Assembly (NCBI GenBank): GCA_041739995.1
Contig: JBGSMV010000040.1
Coordinates: 1 to 64,000, forward strand
From: Bdellovibrionota bacterium
GTDB lineage: Bacteria; Bdellovibrionota_C; UBA2361; JBGSMV01
Reading direction: 5' to 3'
DNA length: 64,000 bases
The position numbers and the translations under genes were made by a program. The notes under the pieces were generated by a model. That model was not told the DNA's origin. It did not search any database and worked only from the letters and a program-made list of their open reading frames with translations. Each line of letters opens with the position of its first letter. Within the stretch, counting starts at the first letter, position 1. Shown one piece after another: positions 50,099-60,143 of the stretch.

Positions 50099-51997
50099 AT
50101 GGAAATAGTAAAGGCTGAGCAAATCGAATTGCGAGATTCTCAGTCATCACAAGAGGCACTGGGGGCTCGCCTTGCGGCGAGGATCTCACGCTTTAAGACC
50201 GCATGGGGAAAAGTTGCCAGGGCGCAAAACTACGTCATTGGCTTGATGTGGCGCCATGAACGCGGCGTCTTCTTTCTTTGCATCGGACTTGGCGTTGCCC
50301 AAGGCATCAGTGTGCCATTGTTTAGCTATGCATTGGGTGAATCGCTAGAAGTTGCCACCGCGAATCAAAGCATGTGGAGCCAAGCGATTATCCTGTTGTG
50401 CGTAGCCGTTGCTCTGATGGGCGTGGTGCCGATGCTGATTCAGCTACTCAATCGCGAACTTGTTGAGTGGTTGTTTGGGCTTGTGCAAGGAACCCTCGTA
50501 GAGAAGGTGGCCTCGCTTGATGCGGAGAGATTCGCCGATCCAAAGCTGCGCGGAATGTTCCAGAGGCTCTCAATGCGGTTGGTGTGGAAGTTGATTGAGT
50601 TCAGCTTCTCACTCTACCCGCTGATTAAGGGCCTGGTGGGAGCCAGCATCGCATCCATAATTTTGTGGCATGGCGCTCCTGAGCTCCTACTCCTGGTTGG
50701 TGTAAGCGTCATTCCGGCGATGCTGATGGAGGCCAGGTTTGCGCGTCGCTACTGCCAGATGGACGAAGGTTGTACCACAAAGATTCGAAGTTTCTGGGAT
50801 GGGTTTCATCTTGGGACCACGAGTCAGTCGGTACACTTTCGTCAGTCCGTTGGCTCCGCCAAGCGCATGGCCAAGGACTTTGCTGCTCAAGCTCTTGCAC
50901 TGGTTGGTGTGTATCGAAGCTGCAACCAAACCTATGCGTGGTTACGGGTAAGCGCAGCAATGTTGTCGCAGATATGCGTGGCTTATGCATTGCTGAACCT
51001 GGTGTCCCGCTTTTCAAGCGGGGCAATAGGAATTTCAGAGTCTGTGCTGCTGATTGGCGGCGTGTCGCTGCTTGGCTCCTCACTTTCTGAGGCTGCAGGT
51101 GCGATCGGCCAGCAGGTTGGACTGTCGCTGTACGTCGAAGACTGGTTGGTGTTCCTTGACACTAAACCTTGGATTGTCCGCACGACTCAGAAGTCAGCGA
51201 TGCCTGAAGTATCGCGTGGAATCTCGGTCGAGCTCCGTGGCGTTAAGTTTGCGTATGGAGCGCGCGGAAAGCCGAAAGGCTTTCTGAAAGACGATCGCAT
51301 GGTGATCAAGGGCATCACCCTGGAGATCGCCGCGGGGGAAAAGTGTGCGCTACTTGCTCCAAACGGTGCCGGTAAGACCACACTGTCTAACCTGCTAGCG
51401 GGACTGATGGAGCCGACAGAAGGAAGCGTGTCGCTTGGGGGCGTGTCGGTACAAGACTTCGATGAGGAGACCCTTCGAAACCTTGTAGCGTACTTACCGC
51501 AGGACTTTGCGCGCTACACCATGACGGTCGAGCAGTACATTGCGCTTAGTTCCACCGGAGAGTCGGTGGATCATGAGCGTGTGCGACGGGCGGCAGAACG
51601 CAGTGGTGCGAACATCTTCATTGAGAAGTGGTCAAAAGGGTACCAGACCCTACTCGGCCATGATTATGAAGGTGGGGAGAGTCCATCAGGTGGTCAGCTT
51701 CAGAAGCTGGTGCTGGCGATGATGTTCTACAAGAACGCACCTCTGATGCTGTTGGACGAGCCGACCGCGGCGGTGGACCCTGAAAGTGCACGCGACTTTT
51801 GGGATCACCTGTTGCATCAGTGTCCTGGCCACACGGTTATCTTTTCGACTCACTATCTGGGCGCGGTCCGGAGAGCAGACAAGATAATCCTGCTTGCTGA
51901 GGGGAGAATTGCTGACGTAGGGACGCATGCGGAGCTGATACTGCGCAATGCTACCTACCAACGCATTTTCCGCTCACAGGCGGACGACTTTAGGTAA
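50099..51997 (+). CDS. ABC exporter, fused permease and ATPase
   Basis: TM domain, APNGAGKTT, PSGGQLQK, LLDEPTAAVD, STH. ATG at 50099 follows AGGAGA. Confidence 0.9.
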   Translation: MEIVKAEQIELRDSQSSQEALGARLAARISRFKTAWGKVARAQNYVIGLMWRHERGVFFLCIGLGVAQGISVPLFSYALGESLEVATANQSMWSQAIILLCVAVALMGVVPMLIQLLNRELVEWLFGLVQGTLVEKVASLDAERFADPKLRGMFQRLSMRLVWKLIEFSFSLYPLIKGLVGASIASIILWHGAPELLLLVGVSVIPAMLMEARFARRYCQMDEGCTTKIRSFWDGFHLGTTSQSVHFRQSVGSAKRMAKDFAAQALALVGVYRSCNQTYAWLRVSAAMLSQICVAYALLNLVSRFSSGAIGISESVLLIGGVSLLGSSLSEAAGAIGQQVGLSLYVEDWLVFLDTKPWIVRTTQKSAMPEVSRGISVELRGVKFAYGARGKPKGFLKDDRMVIKGITLEIAAGEKCALLAPNGAGKTTLSNLLAGLMEPTEGSVSLGGVSVQDFDEETLRNLVAYLPQDFARYTMTVEQYIALSSTGESVDHERVRRAAERSGANIFIEKWSKGYQTLLGHDYEGGESPSGGQLQKLVLAMMFYKNAPLMLLDEPTAAVDPESARDFWDHLLHQCPGHTVIFSTHYLGAVRRADKIILLAEGRIADVGTHAELILRNATYQRIFRSQADDFR

Positions 51998-52288
51998 CGG
52001 GCACCTAGTCTGAACAAGCCCGCAGGCGAGCCGGGGGGAAAGAAGCCTTTTCTTACCCCCGCTCACCTCTTTTTATTGCCTGGGGCCCCGTTCCCCCAGC
52101 CGAGGCCACTTCGGCGGAACATTGCCGTATCTTACTGAAATTACTGAGAGTGCTGCCGACGCCCCTCATTCTCACTCCCTCGGACCCCCTGAGTTATCAC
52201 AAAGTTACGTGCCCCACGGTAACATCCATAACATCTATAGTTGGCACATCGGTTATCGGGTTGGCAGGTTTTTTGAAGGTCGAAGTTA

Positions 52289-52984
52289 ATGACATCTTTT
52301 CTTTCACTCTTAGCTGAGTCCACAGAGAGCCCCGCGGCTACTTCAATGCGTGAAATCACCCACGCAGTCTCGACCTCAGGGGGAGAACTGCTTAAGAAAT
52401 TTCATGGCGCTGGCACCGACATGCAGGTTGCCTTCGCCATCGGCGCCATCATTGTGGCCGCCTTCATTGCAATAATTCTACTCATCGCTCTCAGGCGCCA
52501 TCCAAACGATTCAGGCCCCATCGATACGCTCATCGAAAGACTAGATCGCCTTGAAGTTTCTCAACGCGAAAGCGGGCACCCAGCTCATCTCGCATCAGAG
52601 TTAAAAGGAATGGTGGGGTATTTTAAACAAGAGCTACACGAGCTACGACAGCTCTGCCTCGCAATCCATCACCAGCAGGTTAATGCCAGCAATACCCACG
52701 ATCGAGATCTCTATGCCTCGCGTGCAGGAACCGGGGGAATCGAACGTCGAAGAAATTCGCACGATCTTAATAGCACCGACACCCGAGTAGTAGACGAAAA
52801 TCAATCGGCGAACACCCTCACTCCTGAAAAACACATAGAGGAGATCTCTCCGCGTCAGCCCCACAGCGCGCGAGTGCGAGTAGGCGAAATCCCTTCTCGC
52901 GTCGTTGCAGAAGCCCGAGCCGCCTATTCTCCAAGCGTCAGCGGACGAGGGGGATTCTTTAATGCGCCAAGAGCAAAGCTATAA
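52289..52984 (+). CDS. Hypothetical single-pass membrane protein with coiled coil
   Basis: TM segment VAFAIGAIIVAAFIAIILLIAL followed by RRH and heptad segments. Confidence 0.65.
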   Translation: MTSFLSLLAESTESPAATSMREITHAVSTSGGELLKKFHGAGTDMQVAFAIGAIIVAAFIAIILLIALRRHPNDSGPIDTLIERLDRLEVSQRESGHPAHLASELKGMVGYFKQELHELRQLCLAIHHQQVNASNTHDRDLYASRAGTGGIERRRNSHDLNSTDTRVVDENQSANTLTPEKHIEEISPRQPHSARVRVGEIPSRVVAEARAAYSPSVSGRGGFFNAPRAKL

Positions 52985-53312
52985 TTCGGCTCCAATCCTT
53001 TAAGAGGAATCTTTCAACTCGTGCTCCAAAGCGCCTTGCTCCAAAACGACTTAGAGTGACAGTCCGTCGGACCTGTAATTGTAATTTTTTCAGGTCATTC
53101 AAGCTTCGAAGCTGAATTGGTACGTAGTAGCTGCTCGACTGAACTCTCCACTAGTAAACCTCTTACCGCATTTGAAGAGCTATCTAACAGCCACTCAAGC
53201 CTGAGCTGTGAACGAGACTCGGTGTGGTGGCAAAGCGACTGGAAATGCCGACGCAGGCACTCCACTACCAAGCGTAGAAGAGGCAAGCGTAAAGGAGGGA
53301 CAAGAACCACTT

Positions 53313-53783
53313 CTACAGTCCCTCTATGAAGCTAACCATCCCCAAGAGCACATAAATGCCGGCGAACAAGGTAGCCAAAAAGAGTGCAGTCAAGAGTAAG
53401 CCAATTAAGATGGTGCTTGTGACCACGCGCCCCACGGCTCCGTCAGCAGGATGCACAGCTCGCGCCTCGTCTAGAAGGGCCACGTTGCGCTCATTCGCCT
53501 TGAAAACGAAATCGAATAGGTCACCCACCAGCGGAATGAGGCCAACTAAGGACTCAATTGCAATGTTACCGACCATCCGAAACAGAACCCAGCGGGAGGC
53601 GCCACTGCGAGCCGCCGTGATCACGATGACCGAGGAAAGTATCGCACCAATGGAGTCCCCCACTCCAGGAATCAGACCTAAAAGTGGGTCGAGGCCAACG
53701 CGCCACCCTGTCGTTCCCACCGGAATCGACGAATCGAGTAGACGCGCAAGCCACCGTATTTTCTTATCAACGCGAATGTCCAT
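53313..53783 (-). CDS. DUF4112 membrane protein
   Basis: LLDS.I..G...GLDPLLGLIPGVGD...IPLVGDLFD..FKAN.RN. Confidence 0.92.
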   Translation of the reverse strand: MDIRVDKKIRWLARLLDSSIPVGTTGWRVGLDPLLGLIPGVGDSIGAILSSVIVITAARSGASRWVLFRMVGNIAIESLVGLIPLVGDLFDFVFKANERNVALLDEARAVHPADGAVGRVVTSTILIGLLLTALFLATLFAGIYVLLGMVSFIEGL

Positions 53784-53785
53784 TA

Positions 53786-54286
53786 TTACGCAGCCATGTC
53801 CTCCATAGGAATGGATTTCATTATATGCTTCTCGCTTATCTCCGTAAGTAACTCATTCGTTTCGCTCTCCTCATCGAGCGTTTCCTGAAGAATTGCCACA
53901 GTTTCTTGGCACCCCAGCCTTTCAGCCATAGCACGAGCGGTGCCATAGGAAGAGATTTCATAGTGCTCCACACGCTGCGCTACTGCGATAAGTGCAGCGT
54001 CGAGAACTGCCTCGTCCCCCTCTTCCTCCAAAACCTCCTTCCCTTCTTCTACTAATCCCTCCATTGCCTTGCATTTTTTTCCCTTCGGGCTGAACTCCCA
54101 CATTTTAGCAATTTTCTCCAGGCGTTCGACCTGGGTCTTAGTTTGCTTGAGATGGTGTTCAAAGCCCGAGGCCAATTTGGCATTGGAGGCTTTCTTCGCC
54201 ATCTTTGGCAAAGCCTTCATGAGTTGCACTTCAGCCGAGTAGAGATCCTTGATTTGATCTTCAAACAGTTCATTTAGTGTATCCAT
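53786..54286 (-). CDS. yciF: DUF892/YciF ferritin-like stress protein
   Basis: KDLYSAE.Q..KALPKM, CKAMEGL, AQRVEHYEISSYG, TL.EE. Confidence 0.93.
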   Translation of the reverse strand: MDTLNELFEDQIKDLYSAEVQLMKALPKMAKKASNAKLASGFEHHLKQTKTQVERLEKIAKMWEFSPKGKKCKAMEGLVEEGKEVLEEEGDEAVLDAALIAVAQRVEHYEISSYGTARAMAERLGCQETVAILQETLDEESETNELLTEISEKHIMKSIPMEDMAA

Positions 54287-54609
54287 ATGTTCTCCGTGTA
54301 TTTTATTATGTGAATGAACGCTACTTCGGGTCGCTGGTCTTTACGAAAAAAAGTCCTTCCTTGGTACCTTTGCCCCCGCAGCGATGGAACGTCCACGAGG
54401 TGCTTAACTATCAAACTTGAGCACCTCGATCGCATGATCAAGCTCATGCATCATGGGTTGCTACGCTTTGATCACACGCATCTCTTCTTAGAGATAAAAT
54501 GCAACAAGGGGGCCTGCGTCCATCGACCGTTGTATCTGGGAAATCAGTTTTATGGGTGACTATCAGGGTCGTGAAAAACTCTATTCACGATCCTGATAGG
54601 GAGGACAAG

Positions 54610-54813
54610 ATGTCCGACCGCGGACTGGAGCAAAGCGTAAGTAAGCAAAGCGACGCGGATTTCGAGATCGATATCGAAGCAGAAAGTGCCTACGATGTGC
54701 GCCATATTCAGCAGGCGCTGGACTCCGCTACAGGAGGCGCAATTTCCGAAATGCGAATATTGTCGGAACTTGAGGATTACAAGTTCTCTTTCTATCCTAT
54801 GCGGGTTTGGTGA
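54610..54813 (+). CDS. Small acidic hypothetical protein (67 aa)
   Basis: Strong RBS GGGAGGA before ATG at 54610; divergent from yciF. Confidence 0.5.
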   Translation: MSDRGLEQSVSKQSDADFEIDIEAESAYDVRHIQQALDSATGGAISEMRILSELEDYKFSFYPMRVW

Positions 54814-55049
54814 CTAAAGTGCCGAAGCACCCTCTTCTTCTACCGTTCTTGAGGGGCGCAAGATTCATGACCTGCTGTCGCGGCCAGGCTGCTTTGCTAC
54901 CCACTAAATATGCTTTTTATTAAAACACGCTCCGACGAATCTCGTTGCAGCTTTGAAGTAGCTCCGCTCGCAGGGGCCCTTGCCAATAGGCGCCCAACGT
55001 TGCAGCCTGTGAGCTGCTGGATGCTCCAGCGCTAACTCTACGATGCATC

Positions 55050-56975
55050 ATGACCAAACCTTATATCTCCCGAGAAAGTAGTTACGAGAACGGACCTCTT
55101 TTCTCCTCAAAACGATACTCCGCTCCTCATGATTCCAACGCTGAAACTTCCACGCCTGAAGAGCATGACGACGCGCTTGTCCGCACTCGCTTTCGGCTTC
55201 AGGAACTCTATAAAACTTTAGAGGACCCATCGATTCTAAGAGACGTCGAAGCCGCCATCTCACTCGCTTCCAGTTTTCAGTCCTCGTTCCAAGGAAAGCT
55301 CAATCAGAAGCTTGGGGCAGCACTCACTGCTCTTGCCGAGATTCACACCCAGATCTCCCGCCCGATGCTGTATTTGCACCTTTCTTTGTCCTGTGACTCT
55401 GCCAACGAAAAAGCGCGTCAGGTCGCCAGCATCGTTCGGGAACGCTGGGCCGTTGCTAACGCAAACCACCTTACTTTTTTTGAGCAAGAAGTAGGGCACG
55501 ACATGTCTGAGGAACGCTATCAGGCCTTACTTCAGTCCGACGATATAGTCCTTCATCACCGTGGATATGTTGACCATGTGCGTAAACTTGCCGCTCATCG
55601 CCTTGGCTCTGATGTTGAGCGCGCCCTCACGCTGCGCTCACCATTTGGCCCAGAAGAATGGCGTGATTACTTTGATGAGACCGAGGTAAGCCTGCGCTTC
55701 CGCGTGCAGCATCCCGACGCACCGCGCACACAGCTGGCTCTGTCTGAGACGTTGAACCTCTGCTACCACCACCAGAATGGAGATTTGCGTTTCGCCGCTC
55801 TGAAAAGCCTGAATCGTGGCTTAAAGAAGTCCCTCGCTTCTATCTCGACCAGGACCCTTAACGCCGTGCTCGGCTCCCATGGTCTCGAAACTAAAGAGCG
55901 CGACTTTCCCCACTCTATGGCATCTCGAAACCTCGAGAACATGATTTCTGACTCCGTCGTAGACGCTTTGCATCATGCAGTGCGAAGCGAAGGAGCAAAT
56001 CAGGCAAAGCGTTACTACCGACTTTTGGCTAAGCAACTAAAGCAAAAGACCTTGCGCTGGTCTGACCGCACCGCGAAGTGCGATTCGTCGACCACTAAGA
56101 TCGCCTGGGAAGATGGCATTGAGATTGTTCGCGCAGCGTGGAGTAAATTTAGTCCTACGCTCGCAAGCTTTGCCACAAAGTTCGTTGATGAGGGTTGGGT
56201 TGATGCCCCTCCATATCGCGGCAAACAGTCAGGCGCTTTTAACTACTCGGTCATCCTTCCTGCGCCTCACGGCATTCGCTCTTATACCTTCATGAATTAC
56301 CACGGCACCGAACGTGATGTGATGACGCTTGCGCACGAGTTCGGCCATGGAGTGCACGGCATGTTGGCCGCCCAGGCCCAAGGCCCTCTACTCCACCAAG
56401 CACCACTCGCTTACGCTGAGACCGCGTCTATTTTTGGGGAGATGCTGGTGTTCGAGCACTTGCGCGCCCAAGAGCCTGCAAGAGAATTCTCACTACTCAT
56501 GGATAAGTGCTCCGATGTTATTAATACCGTAGTACGCCAGATTAGCTTTAGTTTCTTCGAGCAAAGAGCACATGCGCTCAGAAACCAGTCAAAGCTGACT
56601 GCCGCTGACTTTACGAAACTTTGGCACGACGTCACGGTCGAGTTGTACGGCCCAGAGGGAGAACTATTCACGTACGCCGAAACCGACTACCTGTGGACCT
56701 ACGTGTCGCACTTCATGAGTCCGTTCTACGTGTATGCCTATGCGTTTGGCGAGCTTTTGACACAGTCACTTTTTGCACTTCGCACTGAGTTGGGCGATCG
56801 CTTTGAGCCTCTCTACCTAGACCTGCTTCGCGCGGGCGGAAGCAAAGACGCGGTGGCGCTGCTGAAACCCTTTGGGCTGAATCCCAATGACCCGGATTTT
56901 TGGATGCGTGGTATTCGATGCAGCCTTGGGGCCTGGCTCGATCGCGCCGAAGAGCTTTCTCGCGACACTCCGTAA
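55050..56975 (+). CDS. pepF: M3B oligoendopeptidase F
   Basis: GKQSGAF, TLAHEFGHGVH zinc motif, AETAS.FGE, H....FYVYAYAFG. Confidence 0.93.
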   Translation: MTKPYISRESSYENGPLFSSKRYSAPHDSNAETSTPEEHDDALVRTRFRLQELYKTLEDPSILRDVEAAISLASSFQSSFQGKLNQKLGAALTALAEIHTQISRPMLYLHLSLSCDSANEKARQVASIVRERWAVANANHLTFFEQEVGHDMSEERYQALLQSDDIVLHHRGYVDHVRKLAAHRLGSDVERALTLRSPFGPEEWRDYFDETEVSLRFRVQHPDAPRTQLALSETLNLCYHHQNGDLRFAALKSLNRGLKKSLASISTRTLNAVLGSHGLETKERDFPHSMASRNLENMISDSVVDALHHAVRSEGANQAKRYYRLLAKQLKQKTLRWSDRTAKCDSSTTKIAWEDGIEIVRAAWSKFSPTLASFATKFVDEGWVDAPPYRGKQSGAFNYSVILPAPHGIRSYTFMNYHGTERDVMTLAHEFGHGVHGMLAAQAQGPLLHQAPLAYAETASIFGEMLVFEHLRAQEPAREFSLLMDKCSDVINTVVRQISFSFFEQRAHALRNQSKLTAADFTKLWHDVTVELYGPEGELFTYAETDYLWTYVSHFMSPFYVYAYAFGELLTQSLFALRTELGDRFEPLYLDLLRAGGSKDAVALLKPFGLNPNDPDFWMRGIRCSLGAWLDRAEELSRDTP

Positions 56976-57185
56976 CCCACTCAGTCGATCCTTTTTCTGT
57001 GTATCTTTGCTCTAGAATGCCTGGATTCAAAGTGCTTAGCCCTCAGAGAGTTCTGTGGCGATCGGGCCATGCTGTGATAGGATCCTCTCCCAAGCGCTCA
57101 ACTAGCGTCCGCTGACGTCATGTATCGCACTCAGCCCTTTGGAGGTTTTTGAGCGGTTTTTTAAGCGAGGGAGCACCCCAGTCTT

Positions 57186-58727
57186 ATGACACTTGTAGAA
57201 GCACCACACACGCCCATTCACTGCATGAACCTAGTTCGAGCCGGCTGGCACAGCCCGCCAGGCGCTCGTCATCTCACCATTCACTCGCCGCATACCGGAG
57301 ACATAATCGGCGACGTTCCGATGTCAGGGCCGGATGAAGTTAATGATGCTATTGTTCAAGCCTCTGGTGCGTTCGGCAAATGGCGAGACACACCGATAAA
57401 AGAACGTGCTCAAGTGGCGTTTCGCTTTCGACAAAATGTCCTAACCAATATCGACAAAATTGCTAATACCGCGGCACTCGAATCAGGGAAGACGTTCGCG
57501 GAAGCACACGCTGAAGTGCTCAAAGGTTTGGAAGTTGTCGAGTTCGCGTTGAGCCTTCAAAACATGAGCCAAGGGAGCCTACTAGAAGTTAGTCGCGGCG
57601 TATGGTGCAGAAGCACGCGCGAGCCGCTTGGAGTTGTGGTCGGAATCGCTCCTTTCAATTTCCCCGCTATGGTGCCGATGTGGATGCATCCAATCGCCAT
57701 CATGCTAGGTAACTGCTTCGTTCTTAAACCAAGTGAAAAGGTGCCTCTCACCTCTCAACTTATCGGCGACTGTTGGCTGGACGCCGGGCTTCCTCCAGGA
57801 GTGTTCAGCATCGTCAATGGTGACAGAACCACCGTGGAAGCACTGATCACTCATCCATTCGTCCAAGCAGTTGGATTCGTCGGCTCTACCGACGCAGCGC
57901 GCACGGTTTATGCCATGGCTACCAGTCTAGGGAAGCGAGCACTTTGTCTCGGGGGCGCTAAGAACTGCATGATTTTAGCACCTGACGCGGACGAGCGGGT
58001 TGCGGTGTCAGGGATTGTCGCCTCGTTTTCTGGATGCGCCGGGCAACGCTGCATGGCGGGAAGCCTGCTTCTGGCAGTCGGCGATGTAGACCATATCGTC
58101 CAAAGAATCGTCGCTCGAGCATCAGAGGTATGTCCAGGCGAAGCACTTGGCGCAATCATTGATACGAGTTCACTGAATCGAATCTCGTCGAAAATTGCAG
58201 AAGCACAGACCCAAGGAGCCGCGCTTAAACTCGACGGTCGCACGCCGCAAGCTCCCCGTGGCTATGAAGGCGGCAATTGGATGGGCCCCACAATTTTAGA
58301 CCACGTCACCATGGACATGAGCTGCGCGCGCAGTGAGATCTTCGGTCCGGTGCTCTCCATCGTCCGAGTTGGTTCGATCTCAGAGGCGCTCCAAATAGAA
58401 GCGCAGCTTGAGTATGGAAACGCGACGTCGGTTTTCACCACCAGCGGAGCAGTAGCCGATCTGGTCGCACAGCGAAGCTCAAGCGGCATGATAGGAGTCA
58501 ACGTTGGTGTGCCTGTGCCACGGGAACCCTTTTCTTTCGGCGGCACCAAACAGTCAAAGTTTGGCGCGGGCGACATTACGGGGATGAGTTCCCTGGAACT
58601 GTGGTCGTCTCTCAAGAAAATTACCTCTCGGTTTGAGTCACACCCGAACGGAAAAAATCGACATACCGCAGAGAGTGACAGTCAAGGTAGCGATGCCCAC
58701 CGAAAAGCTGCTGACTGGATGAGCTAG
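57186..58727 (+). CDS. mmsA: CoA-acylating (methyl)malonate-semialdehyde dehydrogenase
   Basis: PFNFPAMVP.W, KPSEKVP, FVGST, GGAKN, GCAGQRCMA, EIFGPVL, GMIGVNVGVPVP...FSFGG. Confidence 0.93.
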   Translation: MTLVEAPHTPIHCMNLVRAGWHSPPGARHLTIHSPHTGDIIGDVPMSGPDEVNDAIVQASGAFGKWRDTPIKERAQVAFRFRQNVLTNIDKIANTAALESGKTFAEAHAEVLKGLEVVEFALSLQNMSQGSLLEVSRGVWCRSTREPLGVVVGIAPFNFPAMVPMWMHPIAIMLGNCFVLKPSEKVPLTSQLIGDCWLDAGLPPGVFSIVNGDRTTVEALITHPFVQAVGFVGSTDAARTVYAMATSLGKRALCLGGAKNCMILAPDADERVAVSGIVASFSGCAGQRCMAGSLLLAVGDVDHIVQRIVARASEVCPGEALGAIIDTSSLNRISSKIAEAQTQGAALKLDGRTPQAPRGYEGGNWMGPTILDHVTMDMSCARSEIFGPVLSIVRVGSISEALQIEAQLEYGNATSVFTTSGAVADLVAQRSSSGMIGVNVGVPVPREPFSFGGTKQSKFGAGDITGMSSLELWSSLKKITSRFESHPNGKNRHTAESDSQGSDAHRKAADWMS

Positions 58728-58820
58728 AAGCTCCTCCCTTCACCCTCTCTCAGGAGAGAAACGGGCGCTCCATAAAGGATCTGTGCTACTATTCTAGGTT
58801 CCTGTTTAATTGAGGTTTAT

Positions 58821-60143
58821 ATGAGTGATTCTGGCCTTCCCCCCAAAGGACTTCCCAAAGATACGACTGATGCCTCGGCGCTAGGCGAAGCTGCAGCACC
58901 AAGCACCCGCAAGCGACATATCCGTCTGACTTCCCACCCCACTCCCGGCCTCTCTTCAGGTCCTGAAATTAACTGGGGCGCAGCCGATCCTATGGTACGT
59001 GGCCCTATCGTCGGCTCACTCACTAATGCGGCTCAGCGCAACTGTATCGGTACACATTCCGGCTCCTATTCAGTTTACCGGGCCTTGGCGATTTCTGCCG
59101 GAGCGCTTAACGCTTCACATAAGCCAGATCTTACCAATACAGCTCCCGTCGAAGATCTTCGTCCCTTCCCTAGTTGGTCAGACCCGGCAGCCATTGTGTC
59201 CCTCGATCCCTGGGGTGCGAGCGTGTCTCGAGTTTTCTCGTCTTACTTTGATCAAGGCTATGACATTCGCCCGACTATCGCCGTCACGCGCGCGCACCTG
59301 AACATGCCAGAGCTCGTGCAAGAAATTGAGGATGGTCGACTTAAGCCAGATGGCGACATTCTTACTGCTGCTGGCGACTGTCGCGTTACCAAAGCGGCAG
59401 TTGAACCAGTGTGGTACCTGCCGGGACTTGCGGCGCGATTCAAGATTCCCGAGTCCGATCTTCGACGCGGACTGTTCGAGCATACCGGCGGCATGTTTCC
59501 AGAGTTAGTCACTCGCCCCGACCTAAAAGTGTTTCTGCCGCCGATCGGGGGACAGACCGTTTATCTTTTTGGTTCCTGGTCAGACCTTACTGATCCAAAG
59601 AAGCCCGTGGCCGTACGCGTGCATGACGAGTGCAATGGCTCAGACGTTTTCGGGTCTGACATCTGCACTTGCAGGCCGTACTTAGTGCACGGCATTCAAG
59701 TTTGCATTCAAACTGCTCAAGAAGGCGGCATTGGTATAATTGTATACAACCGCAAAGAGGGCCGCGCGCTTGGCGAGGTCACTAAGTTCTTGGTGTACAA
59801 TGCTAGAAAACGCCAAGAAGGTGGCGACCGAGCGGATGCCTATTTTCTGAGAACTGAATGCGTCGCGGGCGTGCAAGACATGCGCTTTCAAGAAATCATG
59901 CCAGACATTTTGCTTTGGCTTGGAGTAACACGTATCGATCGCCTGGTTTCCATGAGTAACCTAAAATATGACGCCATGACTCAAGCCGGAATTGAAGTGA
60001 AAGAACGCATCCCGATTCCCGATGAATTCATTCCTGCCGATGCGCGAGTTGAGATGGATGCCAAGCGTGCCGCAGGATATTTCACTCCTGAGGGCGCGCC
60101 GTCGACAGAGGAACTTTCTCGCAAGAAAGGACGAGACCTGTGA
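58821..60143 (+). CDS. URC1/urg1-type GTP cyclohydrolase II-like protein
   Basis: HIRLTSHP, I.WGAADP..RGP, IGTHSGSYSVYRALA, RVHDECNGSDVFGSDICTCRPYL, RKEGRALGEVTKFLVYNARKR. Confidence 0.93.
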   Translation: MSDSGLPPKGLPKDTTDASALGEAAAPSTRKRHIRLTSHPTPGLSSGPEINWGAADPMVRGPIVGSLTNAAQRNCIGTHSGSYSVYRALAISAGALNASHKPDLTNTAPVEDLRPFPSWSDPAAIVSLDPWGASVSRVFSSYFDQGYDIRPTIAVTRAHLNMPELVQEIEDGRLKPDGDILTAAGDCRVTKAAVEPVWYLPGLAARFKIPESDLRRGLFEHTGGMFPELVTRPDLKVFLPPIGGQTVYLFGSWSDLTDPKKPVAVRVHDECNGSDVFGSDICTCRPYLVHGIQVCIQTAQEGGIGIIVYNRKEGRALGEVTKFLVYNARKRQEGGDRADAYFLRTECVAGVQDMRFQEIMPDILLWLGVTRIDRLVSMSNLKYDAMTQAGIEVKERIPIPDEFIPADARVEMDAKRAAGYFTPEGAPSTEELSRKKGRDL

